A stretch of DNA of 64,000 nt, from NCBI GenBank assembly GCA_051294375.1, contig CM119266.1, positions 24,230,411 to 24,294,410 of the forward strand, written 5' to 3'. The stretch comes from Paraspadella gotoi (taxonomy: Eukaryota; Animalia; Chaetognatha). Shown piece by piece: positions 40,599 to 54,126 of this stretch (positions within the stretch are counted from its first letter, which is position 1; every line of letters begins with the position of its first letter). The notes beneath the pieces are model-generated. The model saw nothing but the letters and a program-made list of their open reading frames with translations, was not told the origin of the DNA and did no database searches. The translations under genes and the position numbers were made by a program.

Positions 40599-43005
40599 AT
40601 CAACACACAGTGGTGATTCAACGGCGGCCTTGAAGATTGAGCGAGTGGCTTTCGTCATGGACGGCGATTTTGCGGGGTCTTCAGTTCTTCCGGTCTCCCG
40701 GTCTTGCGGTGTCGGATTTCGTGGCCGGACTCTCCAATCACTTCTCTGGCGCCTGACTAACGCCATTTGACGTTCGTCCTTCTGATCCCGACCCTATAGC
40801 TTCTGTTGAGAAAATAGACGACCTAAGCCAAGGCCATATACATAGTTAACTGTCAAAAAAAAAGTTAGTGATATTTATGCTTGATATCCATAAAATTTTA
40901 ATTTCGAACTTCATCGAACGCCAACATCAACGACGCCGTAAAGAAGCCCGGCGACCCGAATAATGCATGCATAGTATGCATTGCATACTATCCTTTTTAA
41001 CACCAACTCTGCCAACGACGATTCTTTTCATTCAAGTTTCGCCATTGGGTCCCCTTGCCGATGCCACTCCCGCCAATATTACCTACTTCGAGAGGCGGCT
41101 TTTATCCAACCCAACCCACGACACTGAAGGACCAACCCACGCCTCTCCTCACCAACTTGCCACCTACCCCACGCCCACCCGTCACCTCCACCCACCATCT
41201 CCACCCACCACCTCCACCCATTCCACCCAACAAGAAAAAAAATGCCGATGATTTCTCTCTGCGTTGGAATCGGAAAGCGACTCGACGCCGTTCCCTCGTT
41301 ATTGCCTCCGTTTACGCTTGCCTTTATGGGCGCCTTTACGCTTGCCTTTGTGCTTGGCTCCGCGCTTGCCAATGCGTTTGCCTTCCCGACGGCCTCTTAT
41401 TCTGCATCTTCCTCTTTTCCCTCGCGCCTCAATCATCTTCTATTCTTCTTAGTGGCGGTCGAGCACTTTTTGATCTTCTATAATAATTAACTAATTGTGT
41501 ACTTAACTATTATGTATTATTGTCATCTGATTAATTTTCCTTATCTTCCTACGCCTTCCTGCTTGCTTCGACTTTTCACTTCCTACCATCCCTATATCCT
41601 CTGCTTGTTTCCTAGCCTCGACCTCAATCTGCCTCCGTGCTCGCTTCCCCTTTCCCGCGCTTGCCTTTATACGCGGTTCTATTTTTCGCCCTCGTTCCCT
41701 CGACGCGGCGGCAAGGGCTTTGGCTGCCCATAAAACCGCGAGATGGGGACCCGTTTATGGGCCCATCCAGCCAAGGGTATTAAGGGTAGGAGATAAAAAA
41801 AACATTCAGAAAAATACATAAAAAATAAAAAAAAAACTGTAGTTTAAAAATGAAATTGAACCGAGAGAGAAAATAAAATTTAAAAAATATCGAGGTTATC
41901 CCGGAGCGCTTGGACAAAGCGTTAATATCCAGCGCTCGTTCGAGGACTCTCTCTCTCTCTCTCTCTCTCTCTGATGCTGCGAGTTGGCAAAAAAAAAAAA
42001 AAAAAAAAAAACATAAAAACCGGACGCTTTTTGTGTTGCGAGATTTTCTCTTTTTTTTTTTCATTGCACCGCGGGGAAGCGGGAGAGACTAAAAATAGGT
42101 TAGAGTCGAGTTTAGAGCAGTTTTAGTGTCCAAGTAATGAGAACTTATTTTGATGATGTCCAAGTTCGAGAAAATGATCACGGAAGAAAGCTGATCTATT
42201 AATATCCTTCTCAGTTATTTCGTCTCGTACGTTGGACAATGTTTGTAAACTGTAAAAAAAAAAAAATATGCCGAAGTCTCATTACGTACTGCCTATTTGA
42301 TATTTTCAACATTATAAGTTTTAAAGCCCTAATTGTATTCACTCTCTCCTCCTTCAAGTTTTTCCGTCACGCCCCAATTCTTCCACCGCGTGTCCGCCAC
42401 TTCGCTCGCGGTTCTGCCCGATGACCAAGTTGTCCTGAGGACACGCTGACCCTTTCCTCGACCACTTCGTCCATCTATCAAGGAGTCATTGCTGCATCCA
42501 AAGACCCCCACCCATAATTTTATCCCCCCCCCCGTGTCTAATACTGATCAAACCACCCTCAACTTTTTCCCCGTTCCCGCTCGTCCTTTTCCAGCCCCAA
42601 CAACTTGGACCAGCCCCCTCCATTTAATCTTCCCTCTCCCCCTGTTCTCCGCGTCTCAACGAGGTCGGAGAGGCGCTGCGACGTCACGGTCAAACGCATC
42701 TCGCTCCCTCAAACTCATTTGCATAATGGAGTCATTCTCCGATAGTCCGACCGCCCGAGGGTCTAACGGTTTCACGTATTTTTTTCTTGTGTTTTTAATT
42801 TTTTTTTTACTGCTCGTCTGAGAAAAGAATTATTTTGACTCGACTCTTTTAATTATATTTTGATTGATCGCATTCATGACCTTCATTGACTTTTTTTATC
42901 ACTTTGGTTAAAAGTTTTTTTTTTTGTTTTTTTTTATTAATACCAAAAACAGTATTGACAAAATCAAAAACAGTATCAGTGTATAAAACTAGAAAACAGT
43001 AAGCA

Positions 43006-43334
43006 AGTAAAAACTAAACTATTAAAATTCAACAGAAACAAACACTAACAGACACTAACGTTTAAATGGACTCATAAATAAAATGTTATGAACTAGTTCA
43101 TAAGAAACTATCAAATATAACGTTCAAGAACGTTCTAAATTCATATTTTTAAACCAAAAAACCTCAAGTATAAAAGGAAGCAACATTATTATTTTTAATT
43201 CAAAAGTAAAAACTAATTTATTAAAATTCAACAAAAACAAAAGACACTACCGTTTAAATGGACTCATGAATAAAATATTATGAACTAATTCATATGAAAC
43301 TATAAAATACAACGTTCAAGAACATTCAAAATTC
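43006..43334. repeat. Two ~135-bp AT-rich direct repeats (~200-bp period)
   Basis: agtaaaaactaa...attaaaattcaaca...cgtttaaatggactcat...ttatgaacta.ttcata...aacgttcaagaac at 43006-43143 and 43205-43334. Confidence 0.8.
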
Positions 43335-44299
43335 AAATTATATATATTTTTTTCACTCCGACAATTACTTTATTTTAAGCTAATATTCAAATTCAAATTC
43401 TTTTTATGCTGTTAGTGATAGCGTTACTGTTAATGCGTTACTGTTACTGTTATAGCATTACGGTTTTTTGAATTATGTTAGTATCGTTTTTTTTTATTAA
43501 TAAAAAATAGATAGTTTTGATGATTTTTTTAAAAAAAACCCAAATTAGGTTTATTCCTTCTTTAGAACTGATTTATTTACAACATGCAAATGTAATTTTT
43601 AAACCAATTCGCTATAAACAGTTAATTTATTTCCCTCTCTCCTTCACCCAAACTCGAATCGACCTTCGCGAAGCATCAAGGTCCTCCCCCCCCCTTTATT
43701 TTCCCCTTTTACAGTCGGCAAAGGTAAAAGTGGCTCACAGTGGAAATCGCGGGGCGAATTATGGGGTGATAAAAAACCCAGATTCGCTGAACCGCATCTT
43801 CGTCGTCGTCGTTGTCTTCGTCGTTGGCCCTTCGATATCGCTTTCATCGTCATCGGCATCATCGTTAATGTCCAAGTGGCTTTTTCTTGTCGTCGTCGTC
43901 GTCGTACGAGAAAGACGGTTTCGTCCTCGATATCTGTTTTTCGCCAAAAGACTCTGTTTTTTATGAGTTCACAGTCTTTGGTCGTGAGTTCGCGATGTCG
44001 CCAGTTTGTGAGTCGCTGCTCAGTGCTAGTTGAGTTTGATAAGTAAATGGTAGAGACGAAGCTGAGTGATATCATATGTATTTTGTATAATATATACATA
44101 AAATATTGATAATTTTTATTATTCTGTGTCTCGTCCTACTTCCAAATTATAAAAACAAACGAACAATAAAAACAATTCAAACTTTCTTTTGGGAAAAAGC
44201 CATTCGAAACGAAGCCACTAACGCCAAAAGAAACCCAAAATTCTCTTTTTTCTGTTCCCATTTTAAACAGTTTGGAAGCCAATCGATTTTTTTCACCTC

Positions 44300-44398
<99 letters not shown>

Positions 44399-44598
44399 CA
44401 ATACCCTCCTCCCTTTCATTCACTCGCACTCCCCATTTTCTCCACGAGCTCGTTTTCCCCGGGATCCATTTTTCCCCGTTTTTATTGGGTTTTTCACCTT
44501 TCCCATCTGCGCGCGCAGAGCCGAAGAACCCCGCGCGCGTTTTTTATCGCCCTTGGAAGAGGTTTGGGCGCCTCGTGCGCCACGTCCCGCGCAATCAA

Positions 44599-45373
44599 CC
44601 AATGAGCGGTCTAGTTTGGGGGTCATTAGCCAATGAGCGTCGACGAAAGAGGATTAAGCGACGTCACCGACTGGGAGCTTTTATTCGCCGTAGACTCGAT
44701 TGACGGATGGAAAGAGAGAAAGGAGGAAAAGGAGGAAAAGGAAGTGGGAAGAAAGGAAAAGGATAAAAGGAAGAAAAATAAAATAAATGAATGGCTGGGA
44801 AGGTAATGGCTTCAAGTGTATAAAGTTTTAGTGTATTAGGTTTCCGTTGCGTGGTTGATACGGATTGATTTTATTATTAAAAGTCGTTTTTAAATGTTAT
44901 TCGCTCAAGAATCTCATCAGAAGGTGTTTGATAATCGATTATAAAAACATTTGTCTGAATGACTTCCAATTTTAAAAAGCGGAACATTCGTTTCAATTCT
45001 TGATTTATTCTTTCAACGCTCTGTCGATAAATCTGTCCATTTACGATCGTTTCAATTTTAAATTATATTACTGTTGTAATATTATATTATTTCTTGATTG
45101 TCATCATCATATATAATTATATTAAGTTATGCGTGAGAAATTACTAAATTTCCTCACAGTTTAAAGTTTTGATCGGCGATTAATGCTTTTTCTGTGCTGA
45201 CCTCTCCAACGCCCGGGTTTTCCGACTTTATTTTCAAGAATTCTCTCGGCCTTTAGATCCGAACGAGAAAAAAGTATAAAGTTCGTACGTGACAACGACA
45301 CACGAAAACATAAACGATGTTTGAAAACGTCTTCTCGACCAATCAGCGCCGTTTCCTTCACTCGTCGACCAAT
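44599..45373 (+). promoter_or_regulatory. Two paired CCAAT modules upstream of the Hox coding start (candidate Hox promoter region)
   Basis: CCAATGAGCG at 44599 and 44630 (31 bp apart), and CCAATCAG at 45339 and 45369 (30 bp apart). The region is CpG-rich and lies ~2-2.7 kb before the inferred ATG. Confidence 0.45.
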
Positions 45374-45490
45374 CAGAGAAGCAGACGCAGGTCCTCGCGT
45401 CGCGCGTTCCCTGGTTGTGCCATGGATATTCCGTGATGCTCGTGCACGCTCGCGCCTTTCTGTCTTTTACGTGAAAAGAAGGAGAGAAGA

Positions 45491-45623
<133 letters not shown>

Positions 45624-46240
45624 ATCTGTTGTTGCTCTCTCTCCCTCTCTCTCGTCACGAGCTGTCATCACCGTCGACGTCGTCCTCGTCGTCGTCGGCG
45701 GCGTCGTCGGCGTCGTCATCTGCTCATGATTCTGAACCTGCGAGTCTCGTTTTTCCGCGTTCGTGCCTTCGTCTCCCTTGGCAACGCGAGCTCGGAACCG
45801 CGCGCGCGCGTAGTCTCGCTCTCGTTCATTTCAAGTCACGCGCACGACGTTTTTATTTCTATTTTTATTTTTTCGGCGGGAGACTGTGAAAGAGTGAAAT
45901 ATTTTCACACGTCATTTCCTTCCTGGTGAGAGCGATTCGGGTCGACGGGCAGATTTTGATTTCTAGATTTCTTGGGTTGACGTTTTATTTCTCTTTTTCT
46001 CTATCCCTTTCACTCCGTCTCTCGCTCTTGCTTTAATTACTTCATCAAATGTCCACCTTTCTTCGCGTATTTTTCTTTCTCCTCCACGATTCTCATTTTT
46101 TTCGCCAAAACTCGAAATAAAAAAGTATCAACAAATCAGATGAACAAAAATGCCTCCAAAATGTTAAGGCGATCGTAAAGATTTCAAAAGTCGGTTTGTG
46201 TTTCTTTCTTTCTTTGAATGTTATTCTGAACGTTTTTATC

Positions 46241-46373
<133 letters not shown>

Positions 46374-46549
46374 TTTTATTTTCTAAATCTCAAGTTTAAG
46401 TCGAGATAGTTTTTTATTTAAAATACTGGAAAAATGTCATCTGGCTGACCGGACGAAAGCCAACAATTTTAGGTAAAATAAAGAAAAACGTCTAATCGAT
46501 GTATAAAGAAAGTCAGGCAATGCCGCAATGATTGTCATAACTGATCTCT

Positions 46550-46588
<39 letters not shown>

Positions 46589-47698
46589 CTTCTCTCTTCT
46601 CCTCTCTCTCTCTCTCTCTCTCTCCGTTCTCTCTCTGCTTCATCCTCTTTCCTCTCCCTTTCATCCGCTCCCCTCTCCCCATTTTCTCGCGCGTCCTGTC
46701 TTCTCTTCTACTCGTCTTTCATCATTTGTTTATCTTTTTCGTTTTGTCTTAAAAAAAGTAAACTACTCCGATATACAGGGGCAGACTTTACGATATTTTT
46801 ACTGCCGGTTTTATCCCCTTTCCAATTATCTTTATTTCCCCTAAGGTGGAGAATGAACGTAAAAAACCGGACCAACGCCAGTTGGAGGGATGGACGACGA
46901 TGACGATAACGACCATCACGACGACGACGACGATGATGATGATGACGATAGCCGATTTTAGTAGCCTATATAGAAGATGACTTCTTAGGATTTTACTACT
47001 TTTCCCTCAAAAGGAAGATTTTCAAGTTTTTTTTATTTTTTTATTCCAACCCGAAGTCGATGCCGGGATGAACTAAAAAAAAATTTAACAATTTTTTATT
47101 TTTTCGTGCTAAGCTTCCGTTTAAAATTTAATTTGGTTTTTCTTTTTTACTTTGCAGAAAATTATTGCGCGTCGGAAGGCAAATAAAAAAAAACAAACGC
47201 CGAAGGATCAAGTCACGACCTTTTAGACTCTATTAGTTTGTAGATATACTCTTTCTTTCTCTCTCTCTCTCTCTCTCTCNNNNNNNNNNNNNNNNNNNNN
47301 NNNNNNNNNNNNNNNNNNNNNNNNNNNNNNNNNNNNNNNNNNNNNNNNNNNNNNNNNNNNNNNNNNNNNNNNNNNNNNNNNNNNNNNNNNNNNNNNNNNN
47401 NNNNNNNNNNNNNNNNNNNNNNNNNNNNNNNNNNNNNNNNNNNNNNNNNNNNNNNNNNNNNNNNNNNNNNNNNNNNNNNNNNNNNNNNNNNNNNNNNNNN
47501 NNNNNNNNNNNNNNNNNNNNNNNNNNNNNNNNNNNNNNNNNNNNNNNNNNNNNNNNNNNNNNNNNNNNNNNNNNNNNNNNNNNNNNNNNNNNNNNNNNNN
47601 NNNNNNNNNNNNNNNNNNNNNNNNNNNNNNNNNNNNNNNNNNNNNNNNNNNNNNNNNNNNNNNNNNNNNNNNNNNNNNNNNNNNNNNNNNNNNNNNNN

Positions 47699-47821
47699 GC
47701 CCACCGCCGCCGAGATCGCCGACGCCACCTCCGAAGTCCTCGTCAAGAGCTCCATCTCCTCAGCCGGCGAATCGGTCCTCTTCTCCCCGGTCGCAGTTTC
47801 ATCCCGCGGTTCACAGGTCAG
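47699..47821 (+). CDS. Fragment of posterior Hox gene first coding exon (between assembly gaps)
   Basis: Open frame from 47701: PPPPRSPTPPPKSSSRAPSPQPANRSSSPRSQFHPAVHRS. GC-rich like the downstream Hox exons, and matches the reverse complement of ~48052-48184. Confidence 0.55.
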
Positions 47822-47846
47822 NNNNNNNNNNNNNNNNNNNNNNNNN

Positions 47847-48543
47847 GAGGGAGCCCGGTGGGCTGCGACGCGGGGGAGAGGTCGACGGCAGGGGTGGCTG
47901 AATCGGCGGGGGCGACGTTGCGACGACGACGATGGGGGCGAACGCGGGCGGAGGCGGGCGAGAGTGCGCGTGCGGGGGAGAGGTAAAAGACTGCGACCCG
48001 GAGGACGGTGATCTTTGAACCCGATGGGTCCAGTGCGCCCTTAAGGTCGAGACCTGACCTGTGAACGCGCGGATTGAAACTGGCCGACCGGGGAAGAAGA
48101 GGACCATTCGCCGGCTGAGGAGATGCGAGCTCTTGACGAGGACTTCGGAGCGTTGGGCGTCGGCAGATCTCGGCGGCGGTGGGCGCGGCGACAGTGACTC
48201 TCGGGCCACTGGCAGGGGAGTTGGACGGGGCTGGCGGCGGCGGCGGAAGCGGCGGCGGTGGCAGGCGGAGAGGAAGTGCCCGCGACTGGAGGAGAGGAAG
48301 AGGAGGAGAAAGCGATCGGGCGCCGGGCGCGGAGGGGACGACTCTCGCGGGGCCAGGTCTCTGGTGGTGAGGCGCCTGCCGAGGCGACCGCCAGCCGCCG
48401 TCGCTAGATTGCTGCAAGGGCTGCAGGTGCTGCAGTTGTTGAAAGATTCAGAGGGGCGATCGTAATAGACGAGGATGGTGGAGCGGCCCGATTTCGTGAA
48501 GAACGCGAAGTGGCGAATCCCCACGGCGTGAACATGAGTTCAT
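47847..48543 (-). CDS. Indel-rich inverted copy of the 5' part of the posterior Hox first coding exon
   Basis: Minus-strand ATG at 48543 (a second at 48535) just after a CT tract. Q/H/P/S/A-rich reading that switches frame repeatedly (QQLQHLQPLQQS, APHHQRPG, PPPPLPPPPP). It contains the sequence of 47699-47821 and is about the size of the 419-N gap. Confidence 0.5.
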
Positions 48544-48590
48544 CGGCGGGGAAATGGAGAGAGAAGAGAGAGAGGAGAGACGAGAGAGGA

Positions 48591-48622
<32 letters not shown>

Positions 48623-49245
48623 AGAGAGAGAGGAGAGAGAAGGAAAGAAAGAGTATTATCTACAAACTAAACTAGAGTCTAAAAGGTCGTGACTGATCCT
48701 TCGCGTTTGTTTCTTTTTTTATTATGCCTTCCGACGGCGCAATAATTTTCTTGCAAATAAAAAAGAAAAACAAATACAATTAATTTAAACGGAAGTTAAC
48801 ACGAAAAAATAAAAAAAAATTTGAAACTTTTTTTTTAGTTCATCCGCGATCGACTTCGGAGTTGGAATAAAAAAATAAAAAAACTTGAAAAATCTTCCTT
48901 TTGGAGGGAAAAGTAGTAAAATCCTAAGAAGTCATTACTCTTATATAGGCTACTAAAATCGGCTATCGTCATCATCATCATATCTCGGTCGTCGTCGTGA
49001 ATGGTCGTTATTCGTTCATCGTCGTCCATCCCTCCAACTGGCGTTGGTCCGCGTTTTTTTTAGCGTTCATTCTCTGCACCTTAAGGGAAATAAAGATAAT
49101 TGGAAGGCGGATAAAACCGGCAGTAAAATATCGTAAAGTCTGCCCCTGCTATATCGTAGTAGTTTAACTTTTTTTAAACAACCGGAAAGATAACAATATG
49201 AGAGAGAGAGAGAGAGAGAAGATGAGAGAGAAGAGAAGAGAGAAG

Positions 49246-49277
<32 letters not shown>

Positions 49278-49465
49278 TGGGATGAAGATCTAGTTAGACA
49301 ATCACTGCGAGCTTGCCTGACTTTCTTTATAACATCGATTAACGTTTTTCTTTATTTTACCATAAAATTGGTTGGCTTTCGTCCGGTCGCTCAGATGACA
49401 TTTTCCAGTATTTAAATTAAAAAAACTATCTCTGACTTAAAACTTGAGATTTTTAGAAATAAAAA

Positions 49466-49558
<93 letters not shown>

Positions 49559-50207
49559 CGATTAAAAACGTTGCAGAATAACATTCAAAGAAAGAAAGAA
49601 ACACAAACCGACTTTTGAAATCTTTTACGAATGCGCCTAACATTATTGGAGGCATTTTTTTTCATCTGATTTGTTTGATACTTTTTATTGAGTTTTGGCG
49701 AAAAAAATGAGAATCGTGGAGGGAAAAAGAAAAATACGCGAAGAAAAGGTGGACATTGATGAAGTAATTAAAGCAAGAGCGAGAGACGGAGTGAAAGGGA
49801 TAGAGAAAAAAGAGAAATAAAACGTCAACCCAAAGAAATCTAGAAATCAAATCTGCCCGTCGACCCGAATCGCTCTCACCAGGAAGGGAAATGACGTGTG
49901 AAAATATTTCACTCTTTCACAGTCTCCCGCGAAAAATAAATAATAAAATAAACGTCGTGGCGCGTGACCTTGAAATGAACGAGAGCGAGACTACGCGGCG
50001 CGCGCGGTTCCGAGCTCGCGTTGCCAAGGGAGACGAAGGCACGACGCGGAAAAAACGAGACTCGCAGTTCAGAATCATGAGCAGATGACGACGCGCGACG
50101 ACACCGCCGACGACGACGAGAGGACGACGTCGACGGTGATGAACAGCTCGTGACGAGAGAGAGGGAGAGAGAGCAAACAACAGATTATTTCTCTCTCTCC
50201 TCTCTCT

Positions 50208-50240
<33 letters not shown>

Positions 50241-51388
50241 CTCTCTCTCTTCTCTTCTCTCTTCTCTCTCTCTCTCTCTCTCTCGTTTTCTTCTCTCCTT
50301 CTTTTCACGTAAAAGACAGAAACGCGAGCGTGCACGAGCAATCACGGAATATCCTATGGCACAACCAGGGAACGCGCGACGGGAAGGACCTGCGTCTGCT
50401 TATCTGATTGTCGACGAGTGAAGGAAACGGCGCTGATTGGTCGAGAAGAACGTTTTCAACATCGTTTATGTTTTTTCGTGTTCGTTGTCACGTACGAACT
50501 TTATACTTTTTCTCGTTCGATCTAAAGGCCGAAGAATTCTTGAAAATAAAGTCGAAAACCCAGGCGCGTTGGAGAGGTCAGCACAGAAAAAGCATTAAAA
50601 TCGCCTGATCAAAACTTTAACTGTGAGAAATTAGTAATTTCTCACGCATAACTTAATATAATTATAATATGATGATGACAATCAAGAAAAATATAATATT
50701 ACAGACAGTTAATATAATTTAAAAATTGAAACGATCGTAAATGGACAGATTATCGAACAGAAGCGTTGAAAGAATAAATCAAGAATTGAAACGAAATGTT
50801 CCGCTTTTAAAATTGGGAAGTCATTCAGACAATGTTTTTTAATCGATATAAACACCTTCTGATGATTCTTGAGGCGAATAACATTAAAAACGCACTTTTA
50901 ATAATAAAATCAATCCGCTATCAACCACGCCAACCGGAAACCTAATACACTAAAACTTTATACACTTGAAGCCATTACCTTCCCAGCCATTCATTTATTT
51001 TATTTTTTCCTTCCTTTTATCCTTTTCCTTCTCCCACTTCCTTTTCCTCCTTTTCCTCCTTTCTCTCTTTCCATCCGTCAATCGAGTTCTACGGCGAAAT
51101 AAAAGCTCCCAGTCGGTGAAGTCGCTTAATCCTCTTTCGTCGACGCCATTGGCTTAATGACCCCAAACTAGACCGCATCATTGGTTGATTGCGCGGGACG
51201 TGTGCGCACGAAGGCGCCCAAACCTCTTCCAAGGCGAAAAAAAACGCCGCGGGGTTCTTCCGGTTCTGCGCGCGCAGATGGGAAAGGTGAAAAACCCAAT
51301 AAAAAACGGGGAAAAATGGATCCCGGGGAAAATGAGCTCGTGGAGAAAATGGGGAGGGGGAGTGAATGAAAGGGAGGAAGTGGTATTG

Positions 51389-51419
<31 letters not shown>

Positions 51420-51469
51420 AGAGAGGAGAGAGAGAGAGAGGAGAAGAGAGAGAGAGAAGAGAGAGAAGA

Positions 51470-51500
<31 letters not shown>

Positions 51501-52523
51501 GAACGAGGTGAAAAAAATCGATTGGCCTTCAAATGTTTAAAATGGAACAGAAAAAAGAGAATTTTGGGTTTCTTTTGGCGTTAGTGGCTTCGTTTCGAAT
51601 GCTTTTTCCCAAAAGAAAGTTTGAATTGTTTTTATTGTTCGTTTGTTTTATATAATTTGGAGTAGGACGAGACACAGAATAATAAAAAATTATCAATATT
51701 TTATGTATAATTATACAAACATACATATGATATCAACTACAGCTTCGATCTCTACTCATTTACTGTATCAAACTCAACTAGCACTAGAGCAGCGACTCAC
51801 AAACTGGCGACATCGCGAACTCAGCCAAAGACTGTGAACTCAAATAAAAAAACAGAGTTTTTGTGCGAAAAACAGATATCGAGGACGAAACCGTCTTCTC
51901 GTACGACGACGACGACGTACAAGAAAAAAAGCCACTTGACATTAACGATGATGCCGAATGAACGATGAAAGCGATATCGAAGGGCCAACACGAAGACAAC
52001 GACGACTGACGAAGATGCGGTTCAGCGAATCCTGGGTTTTTTATCACCCATAACTATCGCCCGCGATTTCACTGTGGAGCCAGCTTTTACCTTTGCCGAC
52101 TGTAAAAAAGGGGAAAATAAAGGGGGGGGGAGGACCTTGATGCTTCGCGAAGGTCGATTCGAGTTTTTGGGTGAAGGGAGAAGAGGGGAAGTAAAATTAA
52201 CTGTTTATAGCGAATTTGGTTTAAAAATTACATTTGCAGTGTAAAATAAACAGTTCTAAAGAAGGAATAAACCTAATTTGTTTTTTTTATTAAAAAATCA
52301 TCAAAACTATCTATATTTTTATTTAAATAAAAAAAACGCCATACTAACATAATTCAAAAAACCGTAATGCTATAACAGTAACAGTAACGCAAATTAACAG
52401 TACGCTATCACTAACAGCATAAAAAGAATTTGAAATTTGAATATTAGCTTAAAATAAAGTAATTTCGAGTGAAAAAAATATATATAATTTGAATTTTGAA
52501 TGTTTCTTGAACGTTGTATTTTA

Positions 52524-53208
52524 CCACGCCCCCGACGGCTCAGCCGACTCCTCCGAACCCGGCGGCGCACCCTCCTACGACCCTCTCCATCGACGCCTCC
52601 CTCTACGGCAGCGCCCTCAGCAAGCGACTCTCTTCGATGCTGTCTTCGCTCTCCCCGCCTTCCGAAGGCTTTGGCGGTGCTGCCGTTGCTGCGGCGGCTG
52701 CGGCGGCAGCGGCGGCGGCGACGACACCGACGTCGTCGTCATCCTCGTCGACGTCGACGACGTCTTCTGACTCTGCGGCCAAACTGACCTCGACGGCGGC
52801 GGCGATGGCGGCGGCAGCTGCGGCGGGAGTTTCCCCTCCGCCCTTGTCCACGGCCTCGTTGCTGGCCGACTACACGCGGTCGGCGGCGGCTGCGGCGGCG
52901 TCATACTTTCCTCATTCTATGTACGCGGCGGCGGTGACATCGCTGCCGGGTGCTCAGGCGGCGGCGGTGGCGGCGGCGAAGGGGGCGACGAACGCCTCGT
53001 CTCTGGCGGCGGCGGCGGTCTCCTCATCGGAACTCAACAGTTATCACTACAAGATGTTCAACTCACTGTCGGCGGCGGCGGCCGCTGCGGCGTACAGTAA
53101 ATATCAAACTTCGCCGGTGGCAGCGGCTGAAGCAGCGACAGCAGCAGCGGCGGCGGCGTCGCTCACGGGGGCGTATCCCTATCCGGGACTGTCGTGCTCG
53201 GATCTCAG
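52524..53208 (+). CDS. Post: Posterior Hox gene, 3' part of first coding exon (Ala/Ser-rich N-terminal region)
   Basis: Long open GC-rich frame (TPPTAQPTPPNPAAHP...AAAAAAA...YHYKMFNSL...YPYPGLSCSDL). Donor CAG|GTAAAG at 53208/53209, phase 2. The 5' end abuts the inversion breakpoint. Confidence 0.8.
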
Positions 53209-53731
53209 GTAAAGACAATGGAGAGGTTAGTTTATCTGAACCGATTAGAGAGTTGAGACTGACGATTGATGAAAACGAGAGAATTTCAAATAATTACATA
53301 AATTTATTTATTTATTTAGTTCTTCGGATGATTCTTACTCTCAGTCCAAGAAAGTTGACAAAACGCTTTTTTTTTTTCATAAAACTTTTACGGACACCCC
53401 GACTTCAAATACGTAAAATATATAAAAAGAACCGTCGGTGACTTGCCGAGATATTAATTGATACTTTTAGGGTTATGACTCAACTTCAACCACATTTATG
53501 GCCTAATAAAAAGGCCAGTGGCTAGACGGTAGGCAACAAGCATTACGTTACATTACCTTAATTGTTTTACTGCGCATTAATTTCGGAACCGCTCGTTGTC
53601 GCGGAAGGACCTGTTAAGTCGGTAGGAGACTCGAAAATAAAATTCACCGCCGCGATGATTTACATATAAAACAAGATTTTATGTCCTCTCTCTCTCTCTC
53701 TCTTCTCTCACTTCTCTCTTTCTCTTCCTCT

Positions 53732-53770
<39 letters not shown>

Positions 53771-53806
53771 CTCTTTCTCTCTCTCTCTCTCTTTCTTCTC
53801 TCTCTT

Positions 53807-53842
<36 letters not shown>

Positions 53843-54079
53843 TTTCTCTTCTCTATCTCTCTTCTCTCTCTCTCCTCTCTCTTTTTCTCTCTCTATCTCT
53901 CTCTCTTCTCTCTCTCTCTCTCTCTCTCTGCCAATTAATGATACTAACGGGATGTCTTACAACCTCATCAGCCAGCGTCTCTTTCGCAATAGAAATCGCG
54001 CTATATATCGAAGCGATCGAAACGAAATCGCTTTTAAATAAACCCCAGTGACAATAATCGTCTTTAAGAAATAAAGAAA

Positions 54080-54126
<47 letters not shown>

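Noticed and set aside
52514-52523. Start of ORF 52514-53212 (MYFT) as the Hox start codon
   Set aside because: It is a TTG inside the inverted duplicate. Genuine coding sequence begins at the 52524 breakpoint.
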